Shown piece by piece: positions 1-9,655 of a stretch of DNA of 64,000 bases. Every line of letters begins with the position of its first letter. Within the stretch, counting starts at the first letter, position 1. The position numbers and the translations under genes are program-made. The notes beneath the pieces are model-generated. The model worked only from the letters and a program-made list of their open reading frames with translations, made no database searches and was not told where the DNA came from. Location of the stretch: sequence record DRR378314_916; one strand, written 5' to 3'.

Positions 1-63
1 GAGGGGGATCGCGATGGCATGGCCATCGCCCCACCCCAGCTCGGGCCGGGGGAGAATTGCCCC

Positions 64-678
64 CTAAACCCCCACCTCCAGCATCGCCTTGTAGGCCGGG
101 CGGGCCTGCACTTTTTCGAGCCAGGCCTTTGTGGCGGGCATGGCCTCCAGCGCGCCCGCGGCGGCGGCGGACTGGACCTGGAAGGCCATCAGGCAATCGG
201 CGGCGGTGAAGGCCTCGCCCGCGAAATAGGCGTGCTTCGCCAGATGGGCCTCGATCGTCTTCATCGCCTTGGCCTGTTCGCCCTCCATCGCGGCGGCCAG
301 CGGCGTGTCCAGCAGGCCGGCATTCATCAGGTAGAAGCGGAACAGGCCCGGCAGGAAGATCGCCCCCTCCGCCGCGTGGACCCATTCCAGATAGCGCGGG
401 AAATCAGCCGAATCCGCGCGCGGGTGAAGCGCATGGTCCGGGTCGTGCCTGGCCAGCAAATATTCGGCAATCGCGCCCGTCTCTGCGATCACTGTGTCGC
501 CATCCTCCAGCAGGGGCGACTTGCCCATCGGGTGGATCTCCAGCAGCGCCGCCGGGGCCAGCCGGGTTTCCGGGTCGCGGCTATGGTGGACAATCTCGTG
601 CGGCACGCCCAGCTCGGCCAGCAGCCAGACAATGCGCTGTGAGCGCGAGGCGTTGAGGTGGTGCAGTTTCAGGCTCAT
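64..678 (-). CDS. glutathione S-transferase family protein
   Basis: 204 aa; N-terminal LHHLNASRSQRIVWLLAELG, HPMGKSPLLEDG, ETGAIAEYL, C-terminal FAGEAFTAADC typical of GSTs. Confidence 0.93.
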   Translation of the reverse strand: MSLKLHHLNASRSQRIVWLLAELGVPHEIVHHSRDPETRLAPAALLEIHPMGKSPLLEDGDTVIAETGAIAEYLLARHDPDHALHPRADSADFPRYLEWVHAAEGAIFLPGLFRFYLMNAGLLDTPLAAAMEGEQAKAMKTIEAHLAKHAYFAGEAFTAADCLMAFQVQSAAAAGALEAMPATKAWLEKVQARPAYKAMLEVGV

Positions 679-728
679 GGTAGGGCTCCCTTGATGGATT
701 CTTCGCGTGGCGACTCTATCTTAGGCGC

Positions 729-2342
729 ATGCAGGCCTTCGCAGAGCTTCTTGACCGTCTTGTCCTAACGCCTTCGCGTAACGGCAAGCTACGCCTGATT
801 GTCTCCTATTTCCGCACCGCGCCAGACCCCGACCGCGGCTATGCCCTCGGCGCGCTGACCGGGGATCTGGACCTGAAGAGCATCAAGCCCGCCGCCATAC
901 GGGAATTGGTGACAGACCGGATGGATGCGGAACTCTTCCGCCTGTCCTATGACTATGTTGGCGATATGGCCGAAACCGTCAGCCTCGTCTGGCCGGGCGA
1001 GCGGCGCGCGAACCGCCCCCCGCCCCTGTCGGAGATTGTCGAGGCGCTGGACGGCGCAACCCGGCCAGAGGCGCAAAGGCTGGTGGCGAACTGGCTGGAT
1101 GGGCTGGACCCGACCGGACGCTGGGCCCTGCTGAAGCTGATCACGGGCGGCATGCGGATCGGCGTCTCGGCGCGCCTCGCCAAGCTGGCGCTAGCGGATT
1201 TCGGCGATGTGGATGTGACAGAGATCGAGGAGATCTGGCACGGCCTCGCCCCGCCCTATGACAGCCTGTTTGCCTGGCTGGAGGGCAAGACCGGCAGGCC
1301 AGAACCCGATATTCGCGCCCCCTTCCGGCCGGTCATGCTGGCGCATCCGCTGGTCGCCAAGGCAGACCGGGACAATCCGGATGCGGTGGACCCCTCGCTG
1401 ATCACGTCAGACGCCTTTGCCGCCGAATGGAAATATGACGGCATCCGCGTGCAGGCCAGCAGCGAGGGCGGCGTCCGGCGCATCTATACGCGGACGGGAG
1501 ATGACATCTCCCACACCTTCCCGGACGTACTGGCGGGGATGGATTTTGAAGGCACGCTGGATGGCGAACTGCTCGTACGCACGGAAGACGGGGAAAGCGT
1601 GGCACCGTTCAATGCGCTGCAACAGAGATTGAACCGCAAGACCGTCTCGAAGAAACAGATGGATGCGCGCCCGGCCTTTATCCGTGCCTACGACCTGCTG
1701 CAGGATGGAGATGAGGATGTCCGCCAGCTGAGCTTTCGGGAAAGGCGCGAACGGCTTGAGGCGTTTATCGCCGCCACGGCCAGCCCGCGCTTTGATCTCT
1801 CTCCCCTTGTCCCGGTCACAACGCTGGAGGACCTCGACGCCCAGCGCATGACACCCCCTGCGCCGGAGATCGAAGGCCTGATGCTGAAACGCTGGGACAG
1901 CCCCTATCTGCCCGGCCGGGTGAAGGGGCATTGGTACAAATGGAAGCGCGATCCCTATCTCGTCGACGCCGTATTGCTGTACGCCCAGCGCGGACACGGC
2001 CGTCGTTCCAGCTTCTATTCCGATTTCACCTTTGCGGTTTGGCGCGATGAAGACGGCGAAGACCGGCTAACCCCGGTCGGAAAGGCCTATTTCGGATTCA
2101 CCGATGACGAACTGAAGCAACTTGACAAATTCGTCCGTGAGAACACGATTGAGCGCTTCGGGCCGGTTCGGTCGGTGACACCGTCTCTCGTGCTGGAAGT
2201 TGCGTTCGAAGGGCTTCAACGGTCTGCGCGTCACAAATCCGGCATCGCGATGCGCTTTCCCCGGATCAACCGTATCCGATGGGACAAGCCCGCAGACGAG
2301 GCGGACCGCCTGGAGACACTTGAGGCCATGTTGCAGGAATAG
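729..2342 (+). CDS. ATP-dependent DNA ligase (DNA damage response type)
   Basis: 537 aa; adenylation motif EWKYDGIR, LDGEL, EGLMLK, WYKWK, OB-fold MRFPRI. Confidence 0.95.
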   Translation: MQAFAELLDRLVLTPSRNGKLRLIVSYFRTAPDPDRGYALGALTGDLDLKSIKPAAIRELVTDRMDAELFRLSYDYVGDMAETVSLVWPGERRANRPPPLSEIVEALDGATRPEAQRLVANWLDGLDPTGRWALLKLITGGMRIGVSARLAKLALADFGDVDVTEIEEIWHGLAPPYDSLFAWLEGKTGRPEPDIRAPFRPVMLAHPLVAKADRDNPDAVDPSLITSDAFAAEWKYDGIRVQASSEGGVRRIYTRTGDDISHTFPDVLAGMDFEGTLDGELLVRTEDGESVAPFNALQQRLNRKTVSKKQMDARPAFIRAYDLLQDGDEDVRQLSFRERRERLEAFIAATASPRFDLSPLVPVTTLEDLDAQRMTPPAPEIEGLMLKRWDSPYLPGRVKGHWYKWKRDPYLVDAVLLYAQRGHGRRSSFYSDFTFAVWRDEDGEDRLTPVGKAYFGFTDDELKQLDKFVRENTIERFGPVRSVTPSLVLEVAFEGLQRSARHKSGIAMRFPRINRIRWDKPADEADRLETLEAMLQE

Positions 2343-2411
2343 AGCGCTTCCACAAGCAAGGCGCAGGCGCAGAGGCCGCGGCGAAAGCCGAGAACAGCCT
2401 CGAGCAAAAAC

Positions 2412-2441
2412 AAAAAAGGCCGGATGACATGCACCCGGCCT
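2412..2441 (-). terminator. intrinsic terminator between the convergent ligase and HU genes
   Basis: AGGCCGG..CCGGCCT stem followed by a T run on the minus strand. Confidence 0.75.
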
Positions 2442-2469
2442 CTTCAAAATTCACTGGAACAGGAAATCC

Positions 2470-2949
2470 CTAGACGGACTCTTTCAGTTCCTTGGAGACG
2501 CGGAAAGCAACTTTCTTCGACGCCTTGATCTTGATGGATTCACCCGTTGCCGGGTTGCGGCCCATGCGTGCCGGGCGCTTGCGCACTTCCAGCGTGCCGA
2601 GACCGTTGAGACGGAAACGTTCGCCCTTCTTCAGGCGCTTCGTGATCCGGTCAGCCAGATCGGAGAAGATCTCTTCCGACTGCTTCTTGGTCAGGCCGTG
2701 AGCCTCTGCCATTTCAGCGGACAGCTGGCGCATCGTCACCGTGGTTGGTGTCTTTGCAGCGGTCGCGCGGGCAGCCGTAGAACGCGTAGCGGTTTTCGGC
2801 GCAGCTGCCTTGCGGGCGGCTGGCTTTTTCGCGGCAGCGGTCTTTGCAGCAGGCTTTTTCGCTGCTGCAGTGGTTTTACGGGCCGTGGTGGTCGCCTTCT
2901 TGGCGGCCGGTTTTGCAGCGGCCTTCTTGGCCGCAGGTGCTTTTGCCAT
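2470..2949 (-). CDS. HU family DNA-binding protein with Lys/Ala/Pro-rich N-terminal extension
   Basis: C-terminal LNGLGTLEVRKRPARMGRNPATGESIKIKASKKVAFR HU signature; ATG at 2949 with GGAA RBS. Confidence 0.92.
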   Translation of the reverse strand: MAKAPAAKKAAAKPAAKKATTTARKTTAAAKKPAAKTAAAKKPAARKAAAPKTATRSTAARATAAKTPTTVTMRQLSAEMAEAHGLTKKQSEEIFSDLADRITKRLKKGERFRLNGLGTLEVRKRPARMGRNPATGESIKIKASKKVAFRVSKELKESV

Positions 2950-3065
2950 GAGCAAATTCCTCTTGTGAGTCTCCGCAGAGACCGCGCCCTATAACGCGAA
3001 AAATGCAGGCTGCATCCCACTTTTTTCATACGCCGCCAATTTGCCCCATTTGAAAAAGGCCTCAT

Positions 3066-3833
3066 ATGAGACGCATGAAAAAGCATCTGCCCCTGATCAT
3101 TCTTCTGTTCGGAATCCTTCAGCCACTATCCGGAGCGCTTGCGCCTGCACTGGGTATTGGCACTCCAATTGGAAACGCCACCCGGGACATGACCCTGCCG
3201 GAACAGCCGCTTCCTGTATTCTTTTCCATTTGGAGCCTGATTTTTCTGGGCTATTTTCTGTTTGGACTCGCCTATTGGCGGGCTCGCGAACCCTGGATGG
3301 ACCGAATCGCTATTCCGCTTGCCTGGGCTGGTCTTTTCAACATTGTCTGGATGCTCAGTGCGCAGCTCATCGCATCTCAGCCCCTGGATTTCCTGCTATT
3401 GTTTCCAATTGCAATCGCAGCCTGGATAGCCGCGTGGCGGGCGGATAGCTTGCGCGAAATGGGGTGGAGCCCCAAGAAAGCGCTTGCGGATTTTGCTTCA
3501 GCCATGCTGTCGGGATGGATCACTGTCGCCGTCGCGATTTCCATTCCCCTGACCCTGCGAACTTTTACCGATATCGGCGCAACGGATTTCCCGTGGCAGA
3601 TGCTCTGGATCACGCTTGTCACAGCATGCCTCGCGGCATGGATGTTTGCCCGTTATATCAGCCGCAGCTGGTGGTATTTCATCGCGCTAGCTTGGGGCGT
3701 GATGGGTATCGTTCTCAACAATTGGCTTGTCACCGGCATGCACTGGCTGGCGATCATGAGCGCAATTGTTCTGGCAATTACAATCTGCCTCCGCCTCTTT
3801 CGCGGGGCAGACGGATCGGTCATACCGGTCTGA
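3066..3833 (+). CDS. polytopic membrane protein of unknown function
   Basis: 255 aa with about 8 hydrophobic, Trp-rich segments. Confidence 0.8.
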   Translation: MRRMKKHLPLIILLFGILQPLSGALAPALGIGTPIGNATRDMTLPEQPLPVFFSIWSLIFLGYFLFGLAYWRAREPWMDRIAIPLAWAGLFNIVWMLSAQLIASQPLDFLLLFPIAIAAWIAAWRADSLREMGWSPKKALADFASAMLSGWITVAVAISIPLTLRTFTDIGATDFPWQMLWITLVTACLAAWMFARYISRSWWYFIALAWGVMGIVLNNWLVTGMHWLAIMSAIVLAITICLRLFRGADGSVIPV

Positions 3834-3895
3834 ACAGCTGGACAGGGCGTGCAAACTGACGCTCTGTTTGCACAATAGTGGATGAGCGGTTCGAC

Positions 3896-5038
3896 ATGGA
3901 CTTCAACGACATTACCCTGCCGGATGTTGATACATCAAACTGGCCCGTCTGGCTGGCCGCGTCCTGGCCCTTCATCGAAAAATGGGGCTTGGTCCTCCTC
4001 GCCTGCATGCTGGTCTGGTTCGTATCGGGCCTGGTCAAGAAACTGGTCGTCGCATTCGGAAAGCGCGTCACAGCAAAGGACAAGTCTTTCGAAGGCTCAA
4101 GCTGGGATATTGCAAGCTCGGTCGCGCGCGTCTTTGCGCTGATCTTTTTGTCGCCCCTGCCCTTGGGCCTTGCCGGCTATGACTGGGAAGCCATCATCAA
4201 TCGGCGTGGGCCGGGCGCTTTCGCGGCAATAGCCATCCTTGTTATCGCGGTCTTGTTCGCGAATTGGGTCGCACGATCCATGCGCAAGATGGGCAATCAG
4301 GCGCATATGAGGCACGGCGCGGACGATACGCTTTTCGCCTTCTCTGCGTCGCTCTTGAAGTACGTCATCTTCGCAATTGCGATTGTACTGGCACTGACGC
4401 AGCTTGGCTTTCCCACGGCGTCGCTCGCGGCCTTGCTGGGCGGCGCGGCGCTCGCCATTGGTCTTGCGCTTCAGGACACGCTGAAGGCTGTGGCGGCCGG
4501 TGTAATGCTGGCGATTTTCCGACCGTTTCGTATCGGAGACTACGTAACGCTCTCAGGTATGGAAGGTGAGATCACCGACATCACGCCCTTCCGCACCACG
4601 TTCAAACAAATCGACAACAAGGTCGTGTCTGTGACGAATGACAAGGTGTGGGGCGATCCTCTGGTCAACCACACACGCCAGACAAGGCGGCGTCTCGATC
4701 TTTATTTCGACATTTCCTATGACGACAATATGGACCACGCGCTGGAAACCCTGCTGGGCGTCGCGAATGGTCATCCGCGTGTACTGGCCAAGGACGAAAC
4801 CTGGGTCGGGGTACACGCATTGGCGGACTGGAGCGTGCGTCTTCGCCTAAGGGCGTTTGTCGCCACACCAGAGTTCGTTCAGGTCCGTGCGGACATCACA
4901 AAAGGCGTTAAAGAGGCCTTTGATCGCGAAGGTATCAGCATTCCCTTTCCGCATCAGGTCAACATGGCCTACCGCCCGCCAGCGCAGCACACCTCGGAAC
5001 AGGCGTCACAATCAGACATTACAGATACTGAAGACTAA
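3896..5038 (+). CDS. small-conductance mechanosensitive channel (MscS family)
   Basis: AIGLALQDTLKAVAAGVMLAIFRPFRIGDYV and GISIPFPHQ motifs; start could be GTG 3878. Confidence 0.9.
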   Translation: MDFNDITLPDVDTSNWPVWLAASWPFIEKWGLVLLACMLVWFVSGLVKKLVVAFGKRVTAKDKSFEGSSWDIASSVARVFALIFLSPLPLGLAGYDWEAIINRRGPGAFAAIAILVIAVLFANWVARSMRKMGNQAHMRHGADDTLFAFSASLLKYVIFAIAIVLALTQLGFPTASLAALLGGAALAIGLALQDTLKAVAAGVMLAIFRPFRIGDYVTLSGMEGEITDITPFRTTFKQIDNKVVSVTNDKVWGDPLVNHTRQTRRRLDLYFDISYDDNMDHALETLLGVANGHPRVLAKDETWVGVHALADWSVRLRLRAFVATPEFVQVRADITKGVKEAFDREGISIPFPHQVNMAYRPPAQHTSEQASQSDITDTED

Positions 5039-5064
5039 TCCCTCCACACAAAAGGAGTCACTAC

Positions 5065-5901
5065 ATGCCCGAAGACCTGACGCTCGAAACCATCTGGAGC
5101 GAATACAGCCCCTTCATCATCTCATTCGGTGTGAAAGTGCTCGGCGCCCTGCTGGTCCTGATCATCGGTCTTCGCATCGCAGGGTGGCTTGCGGGCCTGG
5201 TACGCACCCAAGCGCTGAAGCGCGAAGGCATTGATGATACGCTGGGCAATTTCTTCGCCTCGATTGTTCGGTGGGCCATTACGGCGGCAGTTCTCATCGC
5301 CGTGCTGCAAGTGTTTGGCGTGCAAGCGACCAGCTTCGTGGCCGTCCTCGGCGCACTGACATTGGCCATTGGCCTGTCGATGCAGGGCGCACTCGGCAAC
5401 ATCGCGTCCGGCGTCATGATCATGTTGTTTCGCCCCTACAAGCTGGGCGACTATGTTGAGGCCGCCGGCGTTGGCGGCACGGTGAAGGACATCAATCTCT
5501 TTCAGACGGTTCTGGCCACACCGGACAACGTCAAAGTTCTGGTCCCGAACAGCCAGGCGATCGATGGCGTGATCGAAAACTACTCCGGCTACCCCACGCG
5601 GCGTGCAGATGTCACCTTCGGCATCGACTATGATGACGACATGGACAAGGCCATCGCCATCATCCGCCAGGTTATCGATTCCGACAGCCGCATTCTTCGC
5701 GATCCCGAGCCATTCGTCAAAGTTGTCAATCTGGGCGACAGCTCCGTCGACATCGCAAGCCGTAGCTGGGTGCAGGCCGCCGACTATTGGGACGTGAAGT
5801 TCCATCTCACCAAAGCCGTGAAGGAAGCTTTCGATCGCGAGGGAATTTCCATTCCGTATCCGCACCAGGTCGAAATCCAGAAGCAAGCTGCCAACGACTA
5901 G
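5065..5901 (+). CDS. mscS: small-conductance mechanosensitive channel (MscS family)
   Basis: IGLSMQGALGNIASGVMIMLFRPYKLGDYV, GISIPYPHQ; AAGGAG RBS. Confidence 0.92.
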   Translation: MPEDLTLETIWSEYSPFIISFGVKVLGALLVLIIGLRIAGWLAGLVRTQALKREGIDDTLGNFFASIVRWAITAAVLIAVLQVFGVQATSFVAVLGALTLAIGLSMQGALGNIASGVMIMLFRPYKLGDYVEAAGVGGTVKDINLFQTVLATPDNVKVLVPNSQAIDGVIENYSGYPTRRADVTFGIDYDDDMDKAIAIIRQVIDSDSRILRDPEPFVKVVNLGDSSVDIASRSWVQAADYWDVKFHLTKAVKEAFDREGISIPYPHQVEIQKQAAND

Positions 5902-5919
5902 TTCGCCCAGCCAATCACC

Positions 5920-6291
5920 ATGTCGACAGATCCCAATTCAGAGCTGCCAGAAGTCAAGGTTGAGCCGATACCCGAGGCCCCTCCGCCTCGGGCGCCGGTG
6001 AAAGTGCCGCCCCGACCGCTTCTGGTGCGCCTGTTTGGCATCTCGATATGGGGCTCGCTGAAACTGCTCGCGCTTTGCATTCTCGTGGGTTTTTTCGTGC
6101 TGGCGTCGCAATTCAATCCCGCCAATCCGGACGTGGACATGGGCGCAGCAATTGCGAATGTCGCCAGCACCGCCCTGGCGGCTCTTGGATGGGCAATGCA
6201 GAACTTCTGGAAACCAGCACTGGCCGGCGCGGCCGTCGTGATGCCGATCTGGATTCTGTGGCGGCTCGTCAGCCTGCCATTCAGGAAGTAG
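5920..6291 (+). CDS. small membrane protein, hypothetical
   Basis: 123 aa, Pro-rich N-terminus then two hydrophobic segments; follows mscS closely. Confidence 0.75.
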   Translation: MSTDPNSELPEVKVEPIPEAPPPRAPVKVPPRPLLVRLFGISIWGSLKLLALCILVGFFVLASQFNPANPDVDMGAAIANVASTALAALGWAMQNFWKPALAGAAVVMPIWILWRLVSLPFRK

Positions 6292-6706
6292 CGTCGGCAG
6301 GTGGCCAGAGCTGGGTCTGACAAATCGGACCAATACAGCCCTTCACCTCCAGCACTCCATCCTCCAGCAAGCGGATCTTCGACCCATAGGTCTTGCCTTC
6401 TTTCGGATTGTAGATGGTTCCGCCGGTCCAGCCACTGGCCTTTTGCTTAAAGCCCTCAAGCATGGTCAGGCCAAGGATCTTGTCACCCTCCGCATCGGTG
6501 GCCGTCTCCGGCGTCATGCCCTCGGAAACGCTATCAGGATCGATCCAGACAATGACACCGCAAGGCGTCCCGTCGCCGCAGTCAGAGATGCGGATGTGCG
6601 AGCCCTCCTTCTGCGTCACGAATGTGCCGAACACGTCCAATGGACCCGCCTGAGCCCCTCCCGTGCAGAATGCCGCAACGGCAATCGACAAAAGCAAACG
6701 ATTCAT
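6281..6706 (-). CDS. DUF2147-like secreted protein
   Basis: signal peptide; CGDGTPCGVIVW, WTGGTIYNPKEGKTY, LEVKGCIGPICQTQLW pattern. Confidence 0.85.
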   Translation of the reverse strand: MNRLLLSIAVAAFCTGGAQAGPLDVFGTFVTQKEGSHIRISDCGDGTPCGVIVWIDPDSVSEGMTPETATDAEGDKILGLTMLEGFKQKASGWTGGTIYNPKEGKTYGSKIRLLEDGVLEVKGCIGPICQTQLWPPADATS

Positions 6707-6767
6707 GGGTGCCTCCCTCCTCCAGCGCCCTATACTCTTACCAGAAAATCATAATGGGAGGAATCAC

Positions 6768-7670
6768 ATGGACACGACGAAACTGATGTACCGCGACGGC
6801 CTGATGGCGGGCGAGCGCGTTCTGGTAACCGGCGGCGGTACGGGCCTCGGCAAGGAGATGGCAGAAGGCTTCCTGAAGCTGGGCGCAGAAGTCCACATCT
6901 GCGGGCGACGCGGACAAGTCTGCGAAGATACCGCCAGTGAATTGATGGAAAAACATGGCGGCAAGGTCGTACCGCATGCCTGCGACATCCGCGTGGCCGA
7001 AGCGATCACTGACATGAATGATCACATCTGGGCAAAGCACGGGCCGCTTACCGGCCTGATCAACAATGCTGCAGGCAATTTCATCAGCCGGACCGAAGAC
7101 CTTTCGATCCGCGGCTTCGATGCGATCTCCAATATCGTCTTCCGTGGCACGTTCTACATGACACACGACATCGGCAAACGCTGGATCAAGGAAGGCCATC
7201 GCGGAAATGTCTGCTCGATCCTGACAACCTGGGTCTGGAATGGGGGGCCGTTTGTCGTGCCGTCTGCAATGTCCAAGGCCGCTGTGAACACAATGACGCA
7301 ATCGCTCGCAGTCGAATGGGGACGCTACGGCCTGCGCTTCAACGCCATCGCCCCCGGCCCCTTCCCAACCGAAGGCATGTCAAAACGGCTCGCTCCGGAT
7401 GCTGAGGGGGCAAAGCGTATGGATTCCGGCGCTGCAAACCCAATGGGCCGTGTCGGAGAAATGCACGAACTGGTCAATCTCGCCGTCTTCCTGATCGCGC
7501 CGGGCGCGGAATATGTGAACGGCCAGACCATCGCCATCGACGGCGCGATGTACAATGCGTCCGGTGGCAATTTTGCGCAGCTGACCGCTTGGGGCGATGC
7601 CGAGTGGCAGGCCGCACGCGATGCGATTGAGGCCACCAACGCGAAAGACAAGGCAAAGCGCACGGTCTGA
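6768..7670 (+). CDS. SDR oxidoreductase, 2,4-dienoyl-CoA reductase-like
   Basis: TGGGTGLG, NNAAGNF, PSAMSKAAV, NAIAPGPFPT; GGGAGG RBS before ATG 6768. Confidence 0.88.
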   Translation: MDTTKLMYRDGLMAGERVLVTGGGTGLGKEMAEGFLKLGAEVHICGRRGQVCEDTASELMEKHGGKVVPHACDIRVAEAITDMNDHIWAKHGPLTGLINNAAGNFISRTEDLSIRGFDAISNIVFRGTFYMTHDIGKRWIKEGHRGNVCSILTTWVWNGGPFVVPSAMSKAAVNTMTQSLAVEWGRYGLRFNAIAPGPFPTEGMSKRLAPDAEGAKRMDSGAANPMGRVGEMHELVNLAVFLIAPGAEYVNGQTIAIDGAMYNASGGNFAQLTAWGDAEWQAARDAIEATNAKDKAKRTV

Positions 7671-7745
7671 CTCGTTTCAACTGGACAGGCATGGTGACTT
7701 GGCTAGGCTCCGGGCAGTCTCTTTCCTTCACGGAGCCAGCCGATC

Positions 7746-8486
7746 ATGCCCGACTCCCCCACTGTCCCTCATGCGCCTGGAATTGCGGCGCTCGGCGCGC
7801 GACTTTCCGAGCTCAGTCGCCAACATGAGGGCGCAGTTGTTGCACTGACTGGGTCCGTCGCATCAGGTAAGACGACGCTGGCCAACAAGGTCGCGTCGTT
7901 TCTGGCGAACGCGCACGCCGTGGAAACCGTCTCAACTGACGGATTCCTGTTTCCGAATGATGTGTTGGAGGCGCGCGGACTGACGCTACGCAAGGGATTT
8001 CCGGAGACGTACAATGTCGCTGCGCTGGGAGATGCGATCGAAGCCCTCTCCATTGGCGCAGCAGACTTTCCCGGCTACAGCCATGTTACCTATGACATAG
8101 ACCCTGCATTGACGCAGACGATTACCCAGCCGGACATTCTTATTCTCGAAGGCCTCGGCTTTCAGCCCTTGTCAGCACCCCCCCGTTCAGCGCGCGAGCC
8201 GGATTACCTGGTTTATCTGGATGCCAGTGAGGAAAACCTGCTCGACTGGTACCTGGAGCGCTTTCAGCGCCTCTGGCACGCCGCGAAGGGTGACCCGACT
8301 TCATTCTACGCAAACTTCCTGCACATGTCAGAGACAGAGCTGGTAGAGTTTGCAACATCGGTCTGGGATCGGATCAATCTGCCAAACCTGCGCGATCATA
8401 TCGCCCCCTTGAAAGAGACTGCCGATATCATCGTGTTGAAAGATGCCGATCATGCCATACGCATCACGCATGACAGGATCGGCTAG
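7746..8486 (+). CDS. coaA: type I pantothenate kinase-like P-loop kinase
   Basis: GSVASGKTT, STDGFLFPN, RKGFPETY, YSHVTYDI, ILILEG, INLPNL motifs of type I CoaA. Confidence 0.8.
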   Translation: MPDSPTVPHAPGIAALGARLSELSRQHEGAVVALTGSVASGKTTLANKVASFLANAHAVETVSTDGFLFPNDVLEARGLTLRKGFPETYNVAALGDAIEALSIGAADFPGYSHVTYDIDPALTQTITQPDILILEGLGFQPLSAPPRSAREPDYLVYLDASEENLLDWYLERFQRLWHAAKGDPTSFYANFLHMSETELVEFATSVWDRINLPNLRDHIAPLKETADIIVLKDADHAIRITHDRIG

Positions 8487-8492
8487 GGCTTT

Positions 8493-9629
8493 CTATGCGT
8501 TCGGCGTGATGAGGTATTTCTCGCCGGTGGCCTTGGCATCGTAGGCTTTCAGCGTATCGAGATTCAGGGCCTCGGCCAGAGAAATGCGTTTGGTGTAGTG
8601 GCTGGCAAAGGTCGTGGTCAGTTCGTCAATCACGCGCTTGTACATGCGCGCACGAACTTCCTTGCCAGCCTTCTGCAGGAATGGTGTCAGCAAGTATCCG
8701 CTGAGATTCCACGCAAAGCCCACGCCCGGCGGCACGAGCGTCGGCGACATGTCCAGGCGACCATAGATGAAAACCTGCGTTTCCTGACCGGAGCCATAGC
8801 GCGAATACTCTTTCATCTTGCGGCTTGCGGCCGCTTCCATGGCGATCAGCAATTGACCAGCCAGTGGCCCGCCGCCAATGGCATCAAAGCCGAGTGTCGC
8901 GCCCGTTTCCATCAACGCTGCGATCAGGTCTTCCATGAACGTCGGTGAGGTCGAGTTGACGATATGCTTCGCGCCAATGCCCCGCAGGATTTCGGCTTGC
9001 TCTTCCTTGCGGACGATATTGACCAGCGGGACGCCATCCTTGAGGCAGATCTTGTTGAGCATCTGTCCCAGATTGGACGCCGCCGCCGTGTGGACCAGAG
9101 ATTCATGCCCCATATTCCGCATCGTCTCGACAAAGGACAGCGCCGTCAGCGGGTTCACATAGCAAGAGGCGCCCTGCTCGGCTGAAATGCCGTCTGGCAG
9201 CTCCATCACCTGCGCAACATTCAGCATGCGGTATTCAGCATAGAACTCCCCGCCGAGCCCGGTAACGCGCTTGCCCAACAGGGCCTGAGCCGCTTCGGAC
9301 TCTCCTGCCGCGACCACGGTGCCCGCGCCTTCGTTTCCAACCGGTAGAGACTCACCGATCCGGGCTTTCATGGCGCGCATGCCAGCTTCCGGCACTTTCG
9401 CGGTGATGACCGGGCGGTCCGCGGTGCCGCTTTGTACAGCCGTGCTGATATCACCCGCCCCAACCAACAGGCCAAGGTCCGACGGGTTGATCGGGGTGGC
9501 TTCGACCTTGATGATGATATCTGTCGGGCCCGGCGTAGGAATCTCCACTTCCGCCAGTGACAGCTCCAACTCGCCCTCCGGCTTGATCAGCGTGCGAATT
9601 TGCAGCCCTTTTTCAGGCAATGTCGACAT
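8493..9629 (-). CDS. medium-chain dehydrogenase/reductase (zinc-binding dehydrogenase family)
   Basis: ATPINPSDLG, GNEGAGTVV, HTAAASNLG. Confidence 0.88.
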   Translation of the reverse strand: MSTLPEKGLQIRTLIKPEGELELSLAEVEIPTPGPTDIIIKVEATPINPSDLGLLVGAGDISTAVQSGTADRPVITAKVPEAGMRAMKARIGESLPVGNEGAGTVVAAGESEAAQALLGKRVTGLGGEFYAEYRMLNVAQVMELPDGISAEQGASCYVNPLTALSFVETMRNMGHESLVHTAAASNLGQMLNKICLKDGVPLVNIVRKEEQAEILRGIGAKHIVNSTSPTFMEDLIAALMETGATLGFDAIGGGPLAGQLLIAMEAAASRKMKEYSRYGSGQETQVFIYGRLDMSPTLVPPGVGFAWNLSGYLLTPFLQKAGKEVRARMYKRVIDELTTTFASHYTKRISLAEALNLDTLKAYDAKATGEKYLITPNA

Positions 9630-9655
9630 ATCCAGTTTCCTTCCTTCTAAGTTTA

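Noticed and set aside
1-63. G/C-run-rich stretch with a short inverted repeat at the window start
   Set aside because: Truncated by the window edge; cannot tell a repeat element from a terminator
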